Below are positions 20,283 through 31,113 of a DNA stretch of 64,000 bases, one piece after another. The stretch is from Candidatus Omnitrophota bacterium. GTDB lineage: Bacteria; Omnitrophota; Gorgyraeia; 2-01-FULL-45-10. Below the pieces are notes generated by a model. That model had not been told where the DNA came from. It saw nothing but the letters and a program-made list of their open reading frames with translations, and ran no database searches. A program made the translations under genes and the position numbers. The stretch covers positions 1,075-65,074 of the forward strand of contig CAIMPC010000016.1 of the NCBI GenBank assembly GCA_903843285.1, in the 5' to 3' direction. Positions within the stretch are counted from its first letter, which is position 1. Each line of letters begins with the position of its first letter.

Positions 20283-20868
20283 GGGGATCCTCCTTATTCG
20301 ATTTATCTACAACCTTACCCTCAACATCGATTACATTATCATAATTTTTAGATAACGGTGCTTCAGTAAAAGATGTATTTACCTTAAAGCTGACTTTTGG
20401 CGCGAATATCATATTTAGTATGAAGCTTAGAAAGCTGAATAATAGGGCTGCGCAGAATGCACTCCAGAAACTTGCCACAGAAAAACCCGCCACAAACTTT
20501 GATGCGAGATAAAACATGAACGCATTTATTATTAGGGTGAGTAATCCAAGCGAAAGGATATTCAACGGTAATGTAAGTAGCATAAGGACAGGCTTAAGGA
20601 ATGCGTTCAGAAGCCCGATGATGAGAGCTGCTATGATTACGACATTCGAATTGGCTGCGCTGACGCCTGCAATTGTATGTATAACTACGAAGAGGGCTAT
20701 GATATTCACTAGCCATCTTACGAAAAATGATAACAATTTACTACTCCCCTTCACGACTTTACATTTACCTAAATCGAATCGATTAATTCTATCATCTTTT
20801 CGTACTCTTTTACAAGAGATATCTGTCCGCGAACAGCCTTTGCATTCGGAAACGACCTCATATACCAT
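20275..20868 (-). CDS. Phage-holin-4_2-like (PF04020-type) 4-TM membrane protein
   Basis: The LKPVLMLLTLPLNILSLGLLTLIINAF pattern. The annotated start overlaps the dusB 3' end by 100 nt, so the true start is probably an internal GTG/TTG. Confidence 0.4.
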   Translation of the reverse strand: MVYEVVSECKGCSRTDISCKRVRKDDRINRFDLGKCKVVKGSSKLLSFFVRWLVNIIALFVVIHTIAGVSAANSNVVIIAALIIGLLNAFLKPVLMLLTLPLNILSLGLLTLIINAFMFYLASKFVAGFSVASFWSAFCAALLFSFLSFILNMIFAPKVSFKVNTSFTEAPLSKNYDNVIDVEGKVVDKSNKEDPRE

Positions 20869-21734
20869 ATTAAGACCTTGCGCATTATTCCGACCTTACT
20901 AGGTTCGCCGCATTCCATATACTTTTGCATATAGGCCATATGCCGTTTTACGACCCTCTTCACCATAGAAAGATCCCTCGGCACCGATAAACTACCGTCT
21001 TTCAGGAAACTATCGATCGCCTCAAATATCCACGGATTACCTAGTGCGCCTCTGGCTACCAAGATTCCGTCACAGTCTGTTTTATCCAGCATATTTTTGG
21101 CCAGCTCGGGCGACATAACATCGCCGCTTCCAATAACCGGGATCTTAACAGAATCTTTTACCGCCTTTATGGCATCATAGTTAACAACGCCGGAATAGTG
21201 CTGCGGACGCGTCCTGCCGTGGATAAATATCGCAGATGCGCCGCTTAACTCGCACTTCTTTGCAAGGCGCATAATATCCGCTATCGGTTCGTCTTCGTAC
21301 CCTATCCTCATCTTGACGGTTATCGGGATCGGTAAGGATGAAGCCAATATTTTTATCATTTCACATAGCATGTCGCCATTTTTTAGTAGGTATGCGCCGG
21401 CCTTCTTTTTGATCACTTTTTTTACCGGGCAGGCGGCATTGATATCTAGGAACTTCGCATCGGCCATGGGAAGAATTATCTTCGCGGCCTGCAAAATAGT
21501 CTGGGTGTCATTGGCTAGCAGTTGAAATGCGATAGGCCTGTCGGATTCGACCGTTTTAACCATTTTTAGCATCTTCCGGTGATGACGAATTACAGAGTGA
21601 GCATCGATCATCTCAAAGAAGCAAAACTTCGCGCCGTGCTCGCGCGCTATTAATCTGAACGGAAGGTCTGTACAGCCGGACATCGGGGCAAGTAAAACCT
21701 TTGTCCCGAGATCACAGGAACCTATCTTTAGCAT
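20769..21734 (-). CDS. tRNA-dihydrouridine synthase (DusB-like)
   Basis: 321 aa TIM barrel. LAPMSGCTDLPFR, with catalytic Cys in ACPVKK. Confidence 0.8.
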   Translation of the reverse strand: MLKIGSCDLGTKVLLAPMSGCTDLPFRLIAREHGAKFCFFEMIDAHSVIRHHRKMLKMVKTVESDRPIAFQLLANDTQTILQAAKIILPMADAKFLDINAACPVKKVIKKKAGAYLLKNGDMLCEMIKILASSLPIPITVKMRIGYEDEPIADIMRLAKKCELSGASAIFIHGRTRPQHYSGVVNYDAIKAVKDSVKIPVIGSGDVMSPELAKNMLDKTDCDGILVARGALGNPWIFEAIDSFLKDGSLSVPRDLSMVKRVVKRHMAYMQKYMECGEPSKVGIMRKVLIWYMRSFPNAKAVRGQISLVKEYEKMIELIDSI

Positions 21735-23404
21735 TATTTTTTACCCGGCAGGTATATAATCCGTTCTATCTCGAAATTCGTTTCAAAATTGGCGTCCGAG
21801 GTTAACTCGGCGAATTTGAACTGCCCCTCCTGTCGGCCGCTGGCTATCTTTCTGGCTCGGTAGGCTTCGAAGGAACCGCTCTTCAGGATCTTCAGCGATG
21901 GCGGGGCCAGGAGCTGAGCTTTTCTCACAAAGACATATTCCCTATCTTGCCTGCCGAGCTCTTCCTCTATTGAGGCCAGAAACTTCAAAGCGATTTCATC
22001 TGACGGTGCCGGCTCTGAAAATTCCACCAGAAACGCGTATCGCGGCCCTTCAGCAGGTTTCGTTACTGCGCAGAAGAATTCGAGCCGGAAATTCTCGCTC
22101 TCCAAAACCTTGGCTAATGCATCATTCACATGAGAAGCGTATAATTTTTCGCCTGCGAGCGATGTGGCGCCAAGACCCTTTTGAACGAACTCTATCGTAG
22201 GAGTCTTATTAAAAAAACCAGTAACTTTTATGATATCATCGATGTTATAACGGTATAATCCACCGGCTGTAGTTACGACTATAAAATATTCTTTTCCCAC
22301 CTCGAGCTCTGTGCATATCAGGGCCCTCCTATTTGCGCATAGCGCATCTTCCTTGGGAATAAATTCGTAGAAATTAGTAAGGATGGCAAGAACACCATCC
22401 GACCTGTTATTCTTTATAGGTATGGAAGCTCTGGCTTCCGTGGAAACACATCCGATATCACGCTTTGGAATTGGCCCAAAGTAATCATCGAGCTCCTTCA
22501 GGTATAGCTTCATCATACCGCCCTGCCAGCATTCTATAATCTTCATGTTGGGCCAGAAATATTTTGGCAACAGCTTCCCTCTTGTCTTAAGTATGTTCTT
22601 TAGTTCATTTGCTCTTTTAGGGTTTTGCCTTAGCCTTTTTGTGAGTGTGGCACGGATCTCAGGAGCGATCGCAAATCGTTCGGACAAGCCTCCGGAGGAT
22701 ATATCATCTATTATCATGTCCTGCCATTTCTCTATCTTATGGAGAAGCAGGATTATCATGTTAGGATTGAGTGTAGCGATATCTGTAATATTCTGCTCAA
22801 GGCTTATTCTTAATATAGCGTAATGGCGAGCCTCATAATCTTCAATATCGAACACCTCATAAGGCAGCGCATATAAATTAGCCACGGGTTTCGGCAACGC
22901 CTTATAACTGTAACCGCTCTCGGCTCCGAACGGAATACCAGCTTCTGTCTTTCCCTCAATCTCAGGACTTACTATAGCTAATATTTTACCGTCGAGCACA
23001 TCCGGATGATCTCTGACTATATAGTAGCTCCATAAGCTCATTAGATGGTCTTTAATTCTTTCTGAGTAGTTTGTCGTGGGAATTAATTTGGGCAAATTTG
23101 TTGTTCCGCTGGTGGCCCCGAAAAATACCACTTTATCCTTAGTCAGGACACCCTGATCCCCCCGCGCAATTTTATCGATGTAAGGACGAATCTCTTCATA
23201 GTTACTTATGGGCACCATCGCCCTATAGTCTTCGATAGATCGGATCTTGGAGAAATTAAACTTACTACCAAATTCGGTATTTTTATTGCGGCGGATATAT
23301 CTAAGCAGAACCTTTTTCTGTGTCCTGAGAGGGTTATTGGTGCAGAATTCGAATAGCCTGCGTTCGGGCTCGATGTATTTCAGTAGAAAGTTTATAAAAT
23401 TCAT
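21734..23404 (-). CDS. GH3 family protein (acyl-adenylate forming amido synthetase-like)
   Basis: 556 aa. The GATSGTT adenylation motif and the overall length match the GH3 family. Confidence 0.6.
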   Translation of the reverse strand: MNFINFLLKYIEPERRLFEFCTNNPLRTQKKVLLRYIRRNKNTEFGSKFNFSKIRSIEDYRAMVPISNYEEIRPYIDKIARGDQGVLTKDKVVFFGATSGTTNLPKLIPTTNYSERIKDHLMSLWSYYIVRDHPDVLDGKILAIVSPEIEGKTEAGIPFGAESGYSYKALPKPVANLYALPYEVFDIEDYEARHYAILRISLEQNITDIATLNPNMIILLLHKIEKWQDMIIDDISSGGLSERFAIAPEIRATLTKRLRQNPKRANELKNILKTRGKLLPKYFWPNMKIIECWQGGMMKLYLKELDDYFGPIPKRDIGCVSTEARASIPIKNNRSDGVLAILTNFYEFIPKEDALCANRRALICTELEVGKEYFIVVTTAGGLYRYNIDDIIKVTGFFNKTPTIEFVQKGLGATSLAGEKLYASHVNDALAKVLESENFRLEFFCAVTKPAEGPRYAFLVEFSEPAPSDEIALKFLASIEEELGRQDREYVFVRKAQLLAPPSLKILKSGSFEAYRARKIASGRQEGQFKFAELTSDANFETNFEIERIIYLPGKK

Positions 23405-23432
23405 AGGGACTTAAAGTCCTGTAGCCGCGCGT

Positions 23433-25100
23433 TTACCGGTTATCGTAGGTTGAATAGTAGTATGGTGTGTATGCCTGGAATTCAGCGGCGCAGGTGTCTA
23501 CTAATTTATAGCCAGGCTTAATATTATGAACCTTTCGCAGTTTATATATTGCGCCCGGGGTGGACCCGGTAATCGTCGCTATCTGACGATCGCTAAAACC
23601 GTATTCCTTTGCAGTCCTTAGTAGTGTCGGAGTCATATTATTAGCCTGGCAGATAATTTCCTTTTCGACATCGATTATCTCCTTAATATTATGCAGGAAC
23701 CATCTGTCTATAGCTGTAAGCTCGAAAATCTTTTCTACACCGATGCCGGCTCTTAATGCATCACCTATATAGAATATTCTATCCGAATTCGGTCTTCTAA
23801 GTTTCTCATAAATGATATTTAAGGTATCGTCATCGGCCTTTATGCCACGCATGTTACCTTTGAAGAGCAGGCTTTCGAGTCCGCTCTTTTTTATCTCGAG
23901 AGATCTCAGTCCTTTCTGGAGGGATTCTTTAAAAGTCCTGCCTATGGACATAGCCTCTCCGACCGATTTCATGGAAATTGTAAGCGTCGGGTCGGCTGCC
24001 GGGAATTTTTCGAATGTGAACCGGGGTATCTTAACAACGCAGTAATCAATAGAGGGCTCGAAACATGCAGGTGTCTCTTTAGTGATATCGTTAGGTATTT
24101 CATCGAGTGTGTATCCGACTGCGAGCTTTGCCGCAATCTTGGCTATCGGAAATCCGGTAGCCTTAGAAGCAAGGGCCGAGCTTCTCGAGACGCGCGGGTT
24201 CATCTCGATTACCACCATGCGCCCATTGACCGGATTTACGGCAAATTGTATATTCGATCCGCCCGTTTCTACGCCTATCTCTCTTATGCACGCAATGGCG
24301 GCATTCCTCATTATCTGGTATTCTTTATCGGTCAGCGTCTGCGCCGGAGCTACGGTAATGGAGTCTCCTGTGTGGACACCCATCGGATCGAAGTTCTCGA
24401 TGGAGCAGATTATTACAACGTTATCCCTCAGATCCCTCATCACCTCGAGCTCGAACTCTTTCCATCCAATGACGGATTCCTCGATGAGGATCTCGCTTAT
24501 CATGCTGGAGTCAAGGCCGATCTTAGCAAGATTCCTGAATTCCTCCATATTGTAGGCAACCGCGCCTCCCGTGCCTCCCAAAGTAAAACTGGGTCTGATG
24601 ATTGCCGGAAAACCTATTTTCTCGGCGACTTTTATGGCCTCATTCAGATTGTATGCCCTGCCGCTCTTAGGAAGATCGAGCCCTATCTTCTGCATCGCTT
24701 CCTTAAACAACTGCCTATCCTCCGCCTTCCTAATGGCTTTAATATTGGCGCCTATCATTTTGACTTTATATTTTTTCAATACGCCGGCCTCATCGAGCCC
24801 CACAGCGGTATTTAATGCTGTCTGTCCGCCCAGTGTAGGAAGAAGCGCATCCGGCCTCTCCCTCTCGATTATCTTAGCTATGGCCTCGACCGTTATAGGT
24901 TCAATATAAGTCCTGTCTGCCAGGTCCGGATCGGTCATGATGGTAGCGGGATTAGAATTAACGAGAATTATTTTATAACCCTCCTGGCGTAATACCTTAC
25001 ATGCCTGGGAACCGGAATAGTCAAATTCGCAAGCCTGCCCGATAACTATCGGACCTGAGCCTATTATAAGTATCTTCTTTATGTCGGTACGTTTTGGCAT
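23433..25100 (-). CDS. carB: Carbamoyl-phosphate synthase large subunit, N-terminal half (first ATP-grasp plus oligomerisation domain)
   Basis: 555 aa. Starts [23 protein letters not shown] and ends ...[18 protein letters not shown], the exact junction where full-length CarB enters its second repeat. Confidence 0.85.
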   Translation of the reverse strand: MPKRTDIKKILIIGSGPIVIGQACEFDYSGSQACKVLRQEGYKIILVNSNPATIMTDPDLADRTYIEPITVEAIAKIIERERPDALLPTLGGQTALNTAVGLDEAGVLKKYKVKMIGANIKAIRKAEDRQLFKEAMQKIGLDLPKSGRAYNLNEAIKVAEKIGFPAIIRPSFTLGGTGGAVAYNMEEFRNLAKIGLDSSMISEILIEESVIGWKEFELEVMRDLRDNVVIICSIENFDPMGVHTGDSITVAPAQTLTDKEYQIMRNAAIACIREIGVETGGSNIQFAVNPVNGRMVVIEMNPRVSRSSALASKATGFPIAKIAAKLAVGYTLDEIPNDITKETPACFEPSIDYCVVKIPRFTFEKFPAADPTLTISMKSVGEAMSIGRTFKESLQKGLRSLEIKKSGLESLLFKGNMRGIKADDDTLNIIYEKLRRPNSDRIFYIGDALRAGIGVEKIFELTAIDRWFLHNIKEIIDVEKEIICQANNMTPTLLRTAKEYGFSDRQIATITGSTPGAIYKLRKVHNIKPGYKLVDTCAAEFQAYTPYYYSTYDNR

Positions 25101-25101
25101 A

Positions 25102-26178
25102 TTAATTATTCTTAATTAGCTCGATGAATCTTTTAAATAGGTATTCCGCATCCTTCGGCCCCGGACAAGCTTCCGGATGGAACTGCACCGAAAATATCGG
25201 TAATTTTTTATGCTTCATGCCTTCCAGCGTATTGTCGTTAAGATTTATATGCGTTATCTCGATCTCTTTTTTATTTAATGTATCAATATCGACACAAAAT
25301 CCGTGATTCTGAACACTGATAAAAACCTTGCCTGTTTTTAGGTCCTTAACCGGTTGGTTTCCGCCATGGTGGCCAAACTTTAATTTATAGGTCTTTCCGC
25401 CGAATGCTTGCCCTAACACCTGGTGTCCGAGGCATATACCGAAGATAGGTAGTTTACCGATCAGATCACGGACGGTATTTACAACGTAGCCCAATACAGC
25501 AGGGTCGCCGGGTCCATTGGAAAGCATTAAGCCGTGAGGTTTCAGGTCTAATATTTCTTTTGCGCTTGCAGTGGCAGGCATGACCATAATTTTACAGTCA
25601 TGTTTGGCGAGCTCACGCATGATATTGAATTTCGCTCCGCAGTCAAGCACTACAACCTTAAATCGTCCCTTATTATTCCATTCGTAAGATTTTGATGGTA
25701 TGACTTCTTTTACGAGGTCAATGCCGACGAGTCCCTGCGATCTCTTGGCCTTATTTATAAGGCTCGCCTCGCTTAGGTCTTCCGTAGAAAGCACCGCTTT
25801 CATGGCGCCGGCTTGTCTGATGTGGAGGGTAAGCTCCCGGGTATCGACACCTTCTATTCCTACGATTTTATTTTCTCTCAGATATTGGTCCAGCGTTTTT
25901 TTAGAACGCCAGTTAGAAGAGATTTTCGAAGACTCTTTTACTATTAAGCCCTCAAGGAAAGGCTTGCATGACTCCACATCTTCGTCATTAACGCCGTAGT
26001 TGCCTATGAGCGGATATGTCATGGTAACCATCTGACCTTTATAGGAAGGATCGGTAATTATTTCCTGATAACCGGTCATGCTGGTATTAAAGACGACTTC
26101 GCCGTAGCTTTCGCCTCTGGAGCCGAAAGACAGGCCCTTAAATATACGTCCGTCTTCTAGTGCTAATATAGCTTCCAT
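25102..26178 (-). CDS. carA: Carbamoyl-phosphate synthase small subunit
   Basis: 358 aa GATase with catalytic GICLGHQ. Adjacent to the carB N-terminal half. Confidence 0.9.
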   Translation of the reverse strand: MEAILALEDGRIFKGLSFGSRGESYGEVVFNTSMTGYQEIITDPSYKGQMVTMTYPLIGNYGVNDEDVESCKPFLEGLIVKESSKISSNWRSKKTLDQYLRENKIVGIEGVDTRELTLHIRQAGAMKAVLSTEDLSEASLINKAKRSQGLVGIDLVKEVIPSKSYEWNNKGRFKVVVLDCGAKFNIMRELAKHDCKIMVMPATASAKEILDLKPHGLMLSNGPGDPAVLGYVVNTVRDLIGKLPIFGICLGHQVLGQAFGGKTYKLKFGHHGGNQPVKDLKTGKVFISVQNHGFCVDIDTLNKKEIEITHINLNDNTLEGMKHKKLPIFSVQFHPEACPGPKDAEYLFKRFIELIKNN

Positions 26179-26252
26179 TCAAAGCCCCGTTAATTGTTCG
26201 GAAAATTATATATTACCCGCTTACAAAAGTCAAAATACAAATATTGAAAACT

Positions 26253-27851
26253 CTATTTTTTAAGTGCGGCTTTGATAAAGTCGCGGAAGAGCGGATGCGG
26301 CTTATCCGGCTTCGACTTAAATTCCGGATGGTACTGAACCGCTATGAAGTAAGGATGGTCTTTTACTTCTACCATTTCTACGAGATTCTTATTAGGGTAT
26401 ATTCCGGAGAATATCAGGCCATTTTTAGACATCAGCGCGCGGTATTTATTATTAAATTCATACCTGTGGCGATGGCGTTCCATCACTATCTCTTTTCCGT
26501 AAGCTTTATATGCCGTAGAACCCTTTTTTATCTCGCATGGATAGATACCGAGGCGCATGGTGCCGCCCATATCCTTTATTCCCCTCTGTTCATCCAATAA
26601 GCTTATGACAGGGTTCTTTGTGTCAGGGGAAAATTCGGTGGAATTGGCATCCTTAAGCGCGCATCTGTTTCTGGCGAACTCTATTACAGCGCATTGCATT
26701 CCAAGGCAAAGCCCAAAGAATGGAATCTTATGCTCTCTGGCGTATTTGATCGCTTTTATCTTACCCTCTATGCCGCGGTAACCGAAGCCCCCGGGAACCA
26801 GAATGCCGGATAAACCGCCCAACAATTTATCGGCGCCGTGCTTTTCCACGTCCTCGGAATCAACCCTTTTTATTATCACTTTTGTATCATTGAATATTCC
26901 GGCATGTGTGAGTGATTCATAGATCGATTTATATGCATCCTGCAGGCCTATATACTTTCCTACTACTGCGATCGTAACTTCATGCTTAGGATTCAATATC
27001 TTCTGCACAACATCCGTTTTCCAGCTCTTAAGATCCGTTGCTTTATATTTTATGCCGAAGTGTTTCAGCAGTATTTTATCAAGCCCCTGAGCGTTATATA
27101 TCAAAGGAACTTCATATATGGTCTCTGCATCCGGCGCTTCTATAACGGCCTCTCTACGGACGTTACAGAATAAAGAGATCTTATCTTTAATATCATCAGA
27201 AAGCTCTTTTTCGGTGCGGCACAATAATACGTCGGGCTGTATTCCTATCTCGCGTAATTTTCCGACCGAATGCTGCGTCGGCTTAGTCTTTATCTCTCCC
27301 GCTGAACGCACGTACGGGATCAGCGTAAGGTGTATATAAAGAGTATTATTATATCCGACGTCTAAACGAAATTGCCTTGCCGCCTCCAAAAATGGCAGGC
27401 TTTCAATGTCGCCCACAGTGCCGCCTATTTCTACAATAAGCACGTCTGCGTCCGAAGTCTGAGCAGCCTTCTTTATCCTGTCCTTAATCTCATCCGTAAT
27501 ATGCGGAATTACCTGGATCGTCTGCCCCAGATAATCGCCCCGCCTCTCCCTTAACAATACAGCGTTGTAGACCTGGCCGGTAGTGGCGTTATTGAACTTA
27601 GTCATGCGGGCATTGGTAAATCGCTCATAGTGACCCAGGTCAAGATCGGTCTCAGCGCCATCTTCCGTGACGTAGACCTCGCCATGCTGATAAGGGTTCA
27701 TTGTGCCCGGATCCATATTAATGTAAGGATCGAGCTTCATTAAGGAGACTTTAATCTTGTGCGACTCCAATATCTTTGCTATAGATGCTGATGCTATTCC
27801 CTTGCCCAGGCTTGAAATAACACCACCGGTGGTAAATATGTATTTTGTCAT
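26253..27851 (-). CDS. pyrG: CTP synthase
   Basis: 532 aa. N-terminal [15 protein letters not shown] and a C-terminal GATase with GLCLGMQ. Confidence 0.9.
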   Translation of the reverse strand: MTKYIFTTGGVISSLGKGIASASIAKILESHKIKVSLMKLDPYINMDPGTMNPYQHGEVYVTEDGAETDLDLGHYERFTNARMTKFNNATTGQVYNAVLLRERRGDYLGQTIQVIPHITDEIKDRIKKAAQTSDADVLIVEIGGTVGDIESLPFLEAARQFRLDVGYNNTLYIHLTLIPYVRSAGEIKTKPTQHSVGKLREIGIQPDVLLCRTEKELSDDIKDKISLFCNVRREAVIEAPDAETIYEVPLIYNAQGLDKILLKHFGIKYKATDLKSWKTDVVQKILNPKHEVTIAVVGKYIGLQDAYKSIYESLTHAGIFNDTKVIIKRVDSEDVEKHGADKLLGGLSGILVPGGFGYRGIEGKIKAIKYAREHKIPFFGLCLGMQCAVIEFARNRCALKDANSTEFSPDTKNPVISLLDEQRGIKDMGGTMRLGIYPCEIKKGSTAYKAYGKEIVMERHRHRYEFNNKYRALMSKNGLIFSGIYPNKNLVEMVEVKDHPYFIAVQYHPEFKSKPDKPHPLFRDFIKAALKK

Positions 27852-28058
27852 CTTCTCCCCTTATGCGCTTAATAGACCAAAGTTAAAATGAAAAAGGCGC
27901 CCTGAGCACCGATAGTATGGCCTCAAAACGCCTTTGTTTTTTATAATGTAATCCTCTCTGAAACACTCGTCGATTATACCACGCGCCGGATGTGTGTCAA
28001 GGTTTTATAGAGCTCTCTTCATAGATTCACTTTACAGAAGAGCTTTGGGCAATTTCAT

Positions 28059-29651
28059 TTATTTCCCATCCAGAACAGCCTCAGCCTCTTTCCTGTATGC
28101 ATCCATAACATATGCTATGCCGGAAATTCTGGCCGCTTCTTCCGTCAGCGCCATGATATCTCTTCTCGAAATCGTATCGAGTGTAAAGTTCCTGGAACCT
28201 GCCATCAACTGTTGAAGCCCGACCTTTATTCGCTGTGTGAAAGTGTATATTCCGACAGCTCCGAGCGGTATATCTTTTATGCCATTGCCATATTTCTCTT
28301 TTAATTCATCGTAGCATACAAAGATCTCTTCGGGTTTCATTCCGAACTCTGCTATATTAGGCGGGAGCTTACCCTCCTTGATCCATGCACCGATATTTTT
28401 ACCTACAAATCCGGGGATCATCAGGGCCCTGCCCATACATACGGCCTTCACGTATGGCGCGCCCATCGAGATAACTTTAAATACGTGATCCTCCAGCGCG
28501 AACCCGCCGGCGATAGCTATGTCAGGTACCCGCATCTTCTTCCTTGCGAGTTTCTCACAGAACTCATATGCAAGAGACTGTAGAAAAAACGTCGGAATCC
28601 CCCACTCCTGCATCATCCTCCACGGACTCATACCTGTCCCGCCCGGGGCACCGTCGATCGTCAGTAAGTCGATCTTCGCCTCCGACGAGAACCTGATGGC
28701 CTGCGCCAGCTCCACCATAGAATAAGCACCGGTCTTTAACGTGATGCGCTTAAATCCGATTTTTCTGAGACGCTTAATTTCATCCATGAAACCATCGTAT
28801 GAGACAAATCCGAGCCTGGAATGTCTCTCGAATTCTTTTATTGCGCCACTTTTAAATGCCGCCTGACTTGTTTGGGTGCAAGGATCAGGCGTTACTATAT
28901 AACCGCGCTTTTTAAGCTCCTTCGCTCTGTCGAGAGAGTTGACCTTTATCTCTCCGCCTATACATTTGGCTCCCTGTCCCCATTTCAATTCTATAGTATC
29001 GAGTTTATGTTTTTTTATCACATATTCTGCCACCCCAAGCCTTGTATCCTCCACGTTCATCTGGACAAGGATCTCGCCATAACCTTCATGAAAGCGCTTA
29101 TACATATCTATGCGCCTATCCATGTCGGGGGCACTCGTAACCTTGCCTTTTGAATCGAGTTCAAGCTTGGGATCTATGCCGCACACGTTCTCACCACATA
29201 CAAGCGTTACACCTGAGATGGCGGCGCCTACGGCGAAGTGCTCCCAATTCTTTCTGGCTATTTCTGTAGAGCCAAGTGCTCCTGTGAATATAGGAATACG
29301 CATCTTTACCTTTTTATCCCAGCCATAAGAAGTCTCTGTATTTACGGACGGGAATGTGGCTGTGTCCGGGCCTGCCTCCACACCTCCGGGTAATCCTTTT
29401 GCGCCTTCGGCATATCCCTGAATATTAAGATGAGAGTAATCTACCGGATAATCTTTATCGGCTCCCGCGGTAATCTCGCCGAACGGGCCGGGATAAATTA
29501 CTTCCCTACCCCTAAATGAAGACTTAAAAACTTCGCAATTTCCACGGCATGATTCCAGACAACGTGAACACAGCCCTGAACTTGGCACGACATTCTTGGA
29601 GCGGTTAAATGTGCGACTCGCATCATTTCCTCCGGGGCAACGTAGATTCAT
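28059..29651 (-). CDS. Glutamate synthase-related FMN-binding protein (stand-alone GltB central domain) with an N-terminal Cys cluster
   Basis: 530 aa. GAPGGTGMSP and the surrounding barrel match the FMN domain of glutamate synthase large subunit. N-terminal Cys residues are CPGG...CSRCLESCRGNC. Confidence 0.65.
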   Translation of the reverse strand: MNLRCPGGNDASRTFNRSKNVVPSSGLCSRCLESCRGNCEVFKSSFRGREVIYPGPFGEITAGADKDYPVDYSHLNIQGYAEGAKGLPGGVEAGPDTATFPSVNTETSYGWDKKVKMRIPIFTGALGSTEIARKNWEHFAVGAAISGVTLVCGENVCGIDPKLELDSKGKVTSAPDMDRRIDMYKRFHEGYGEILVQMNVEDTRLGVAEYVIKKHKLDTIELKWGQGAKCIGGEIKVNSLDRAKELKKRGYIVTPDPCTQTSQAAFKSGAIKEFERHSRLGFVSYDGFMDEIKRLRKIGFKRITLKTGAYSMVELAQAIRFSSEAKIDLLTIDGAPGGTGMSPWRMMQEWGIPTFFLQSLAYEFCEKLARKKMRVPDIAIAGGFALEDHVFKVISMGAPYVKAVCMGRALMIPGFVGKNIGAWIKEGKLPPNIAEFGMKPEEIFVCYDELKEKYGNGIKDIPLGAVGIYTFTQRIKVGLQQLMAGSRNFTLDTISRRDIMALTEEAARISGIAYVMDAYRKEAEAVLDGK

Positions 29652-29685
29652 AACGCCTCCTGTTTATTTAGTCCAAACATTCTCT

Positions 29686-31113
29686 CTATAACTGCTTCAA
29701 ATAATTAATTATGGCCTCTGAAGCTTTTTTAGCCATTCCCATCGCTTCTATTACCGTACCCTCTCCCCCGACGATGTCACCGCCGGCATAAACTTTTTTT
29801 ATAGAAGTCTCCATAGTTTTGGTATTCACAATTACATCGGAGCGCTCATCCGTCTTAAGACCGGGAGTGGCGCGTGTTAATACCTGATTGGCCGCCAATC
29901 CGACCGCGATGATGCTCATATCGCACTCGAGCTCAAAATCACTGCCCGATATGGCGATCGGCTTCCTTCGCCCTGAGTCGTCAGGCTCGCCGAGCTTGCA
30001 TTTAAGGCAGCGCATTTTTTTCACGAAACCCTTGTCGTCACCCGCGAACTCCTCGGGTTGAACAAGGAACCTGAAATTTATGCCCTCCTCCTTAGCGTGT
30101 TCGATCTCGATCCTTCTGGCCGGCATTTCGACTTCCGTGCGCCTGTATAAAATAGTGGCATTTGGCTTAAGGCCCTGCATCCTCTGCAGTCTCAACGATG
30201 CGCGAGCGGCGTCGGTGGCAGTATTACCGCCGCCTATTACGATGACCGATTTCCCGATATTTACCGGGGTATGAAATTCCGGAAATTTGTAAGCCGACAT
30301 CAGGTTTATCCTGGTAAGGAATTCATTGGCAGAGTAAATATTACAGAAGTTCTCACCTTTAATCCCCAGAAACATAGGCATGCCTGCGCCGAGCCCTAAG
30401 AATATGGCGTCAAATCCTTCGGAGAACAGATCGTCGATCGTCTTTATCTTTCCAATTATGTGATTAGGGGCCAGCTTCACGCCCATTTTCTTCAACGAAT
30501 CTATTTCAAAATCTAATATATCACGCGGAAGCCTGAATGGCGGTATTCCATACCTCAATACTCCTCCCGATAGATGCAGAGCCTCATATATGGTCACGTT
30601 AATGCCGCGCCTCGCCAGATCGCCCGCACAGGCTATTCCCGCGGGACCCGAACCGATTATTGCCACCCTGCGCCGGGTGAGTTCATCATCCTTTTTGACC
30701 TGGACCCCAATATTGCGCTCCTTACCGTAGTCGCCTGCGAACCTCTCTAAAAGATGTATATTTATCGCCTTTTCGGATGCGTAAGGAGATCCCTTTTTGG
30801 TAAAGACACACGCCTTCTCGCACTGGTATTCCGCAGGGCATACCCTGCCGCATATGGATGGAAAATCATTCTTACTACGTATGGTAAGGTAGGCGCCCTC
30901 GTAGTCTTTTTGCGTAATCTGGTTAATAAATGTTTTAATATCAATGTTTACGGGACAGCCGGATATACACGTTGGGTCTTTACACTGCAGGCACCTGAGC
31001 GCCTCCTGCAGGGCTTCTGCCTCGGAATAACCATGGATAACTTCATCGAATGAGCAAGATCTCTTCGACGCTTCTTCTTCGCGGGGCTTAATGGATTCTT
31101 TCTTTATGTCCAT
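29686..31113 (-). CDS. GltD/NfnB/SudA-like NADPH-dependent FAD oxidoreductase beta subunit
   Basis: 475 aa. Two N-terminal Cys clusters (CxxCxxxC...CPV), then VAIIGSGPAGIACAG and a second Rossmann fold. Confidence 0.7.
   Translation of the reverse strand: MDIKKESIKPREEEASKRSCSFDEVIHGYSEAEALQEALRCLQCKDPTCISGCPVNIDIKTFINQITQKDYEGAYLTIRSKNDFPSICGRVCPAEYQCEKACVFTKKGSPYASEKAINIHLLERFAGDYGKERNIGVQVKKDDELTRRRVAIIGSGPAGIACAGDLARRGINVTIYEALHLSGGVLRYGIPPFRLPRDILDFEIDSLKKMGVKLAPNHIIGKIKTIDDLFSEGFDAIFLGLGAGMPMFLGIKGENFCNIYSANEFLTRINLMSAYKFPEFHTPVNIGKSVIVIGGGNTATDAARASLRLQRMQGLKPNATILYRRTEVEMPARRIEIEHAKEEGINFRFLVQPEEFAGDDKGFVKKMRCLKCKLGEPDDSGRRKPIAISGSDFELECDMSIIAVGLAANQVLTRATPGLKTDERSDVIVNTKTMETSIKKVYAGGDIVGGEGTVIEAMGMAKKASEAIINYLKQL

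Noticed and set aside
27880-27950. AAAGGCG...CGCCTTT inverted repeat between pyrG and the GltB-like gene as a terminator
   Set aside because: The loop is about 29 nt and the T/A tracts are weak on both strands. It may be a weak bidirectional element, but it is not convincing.
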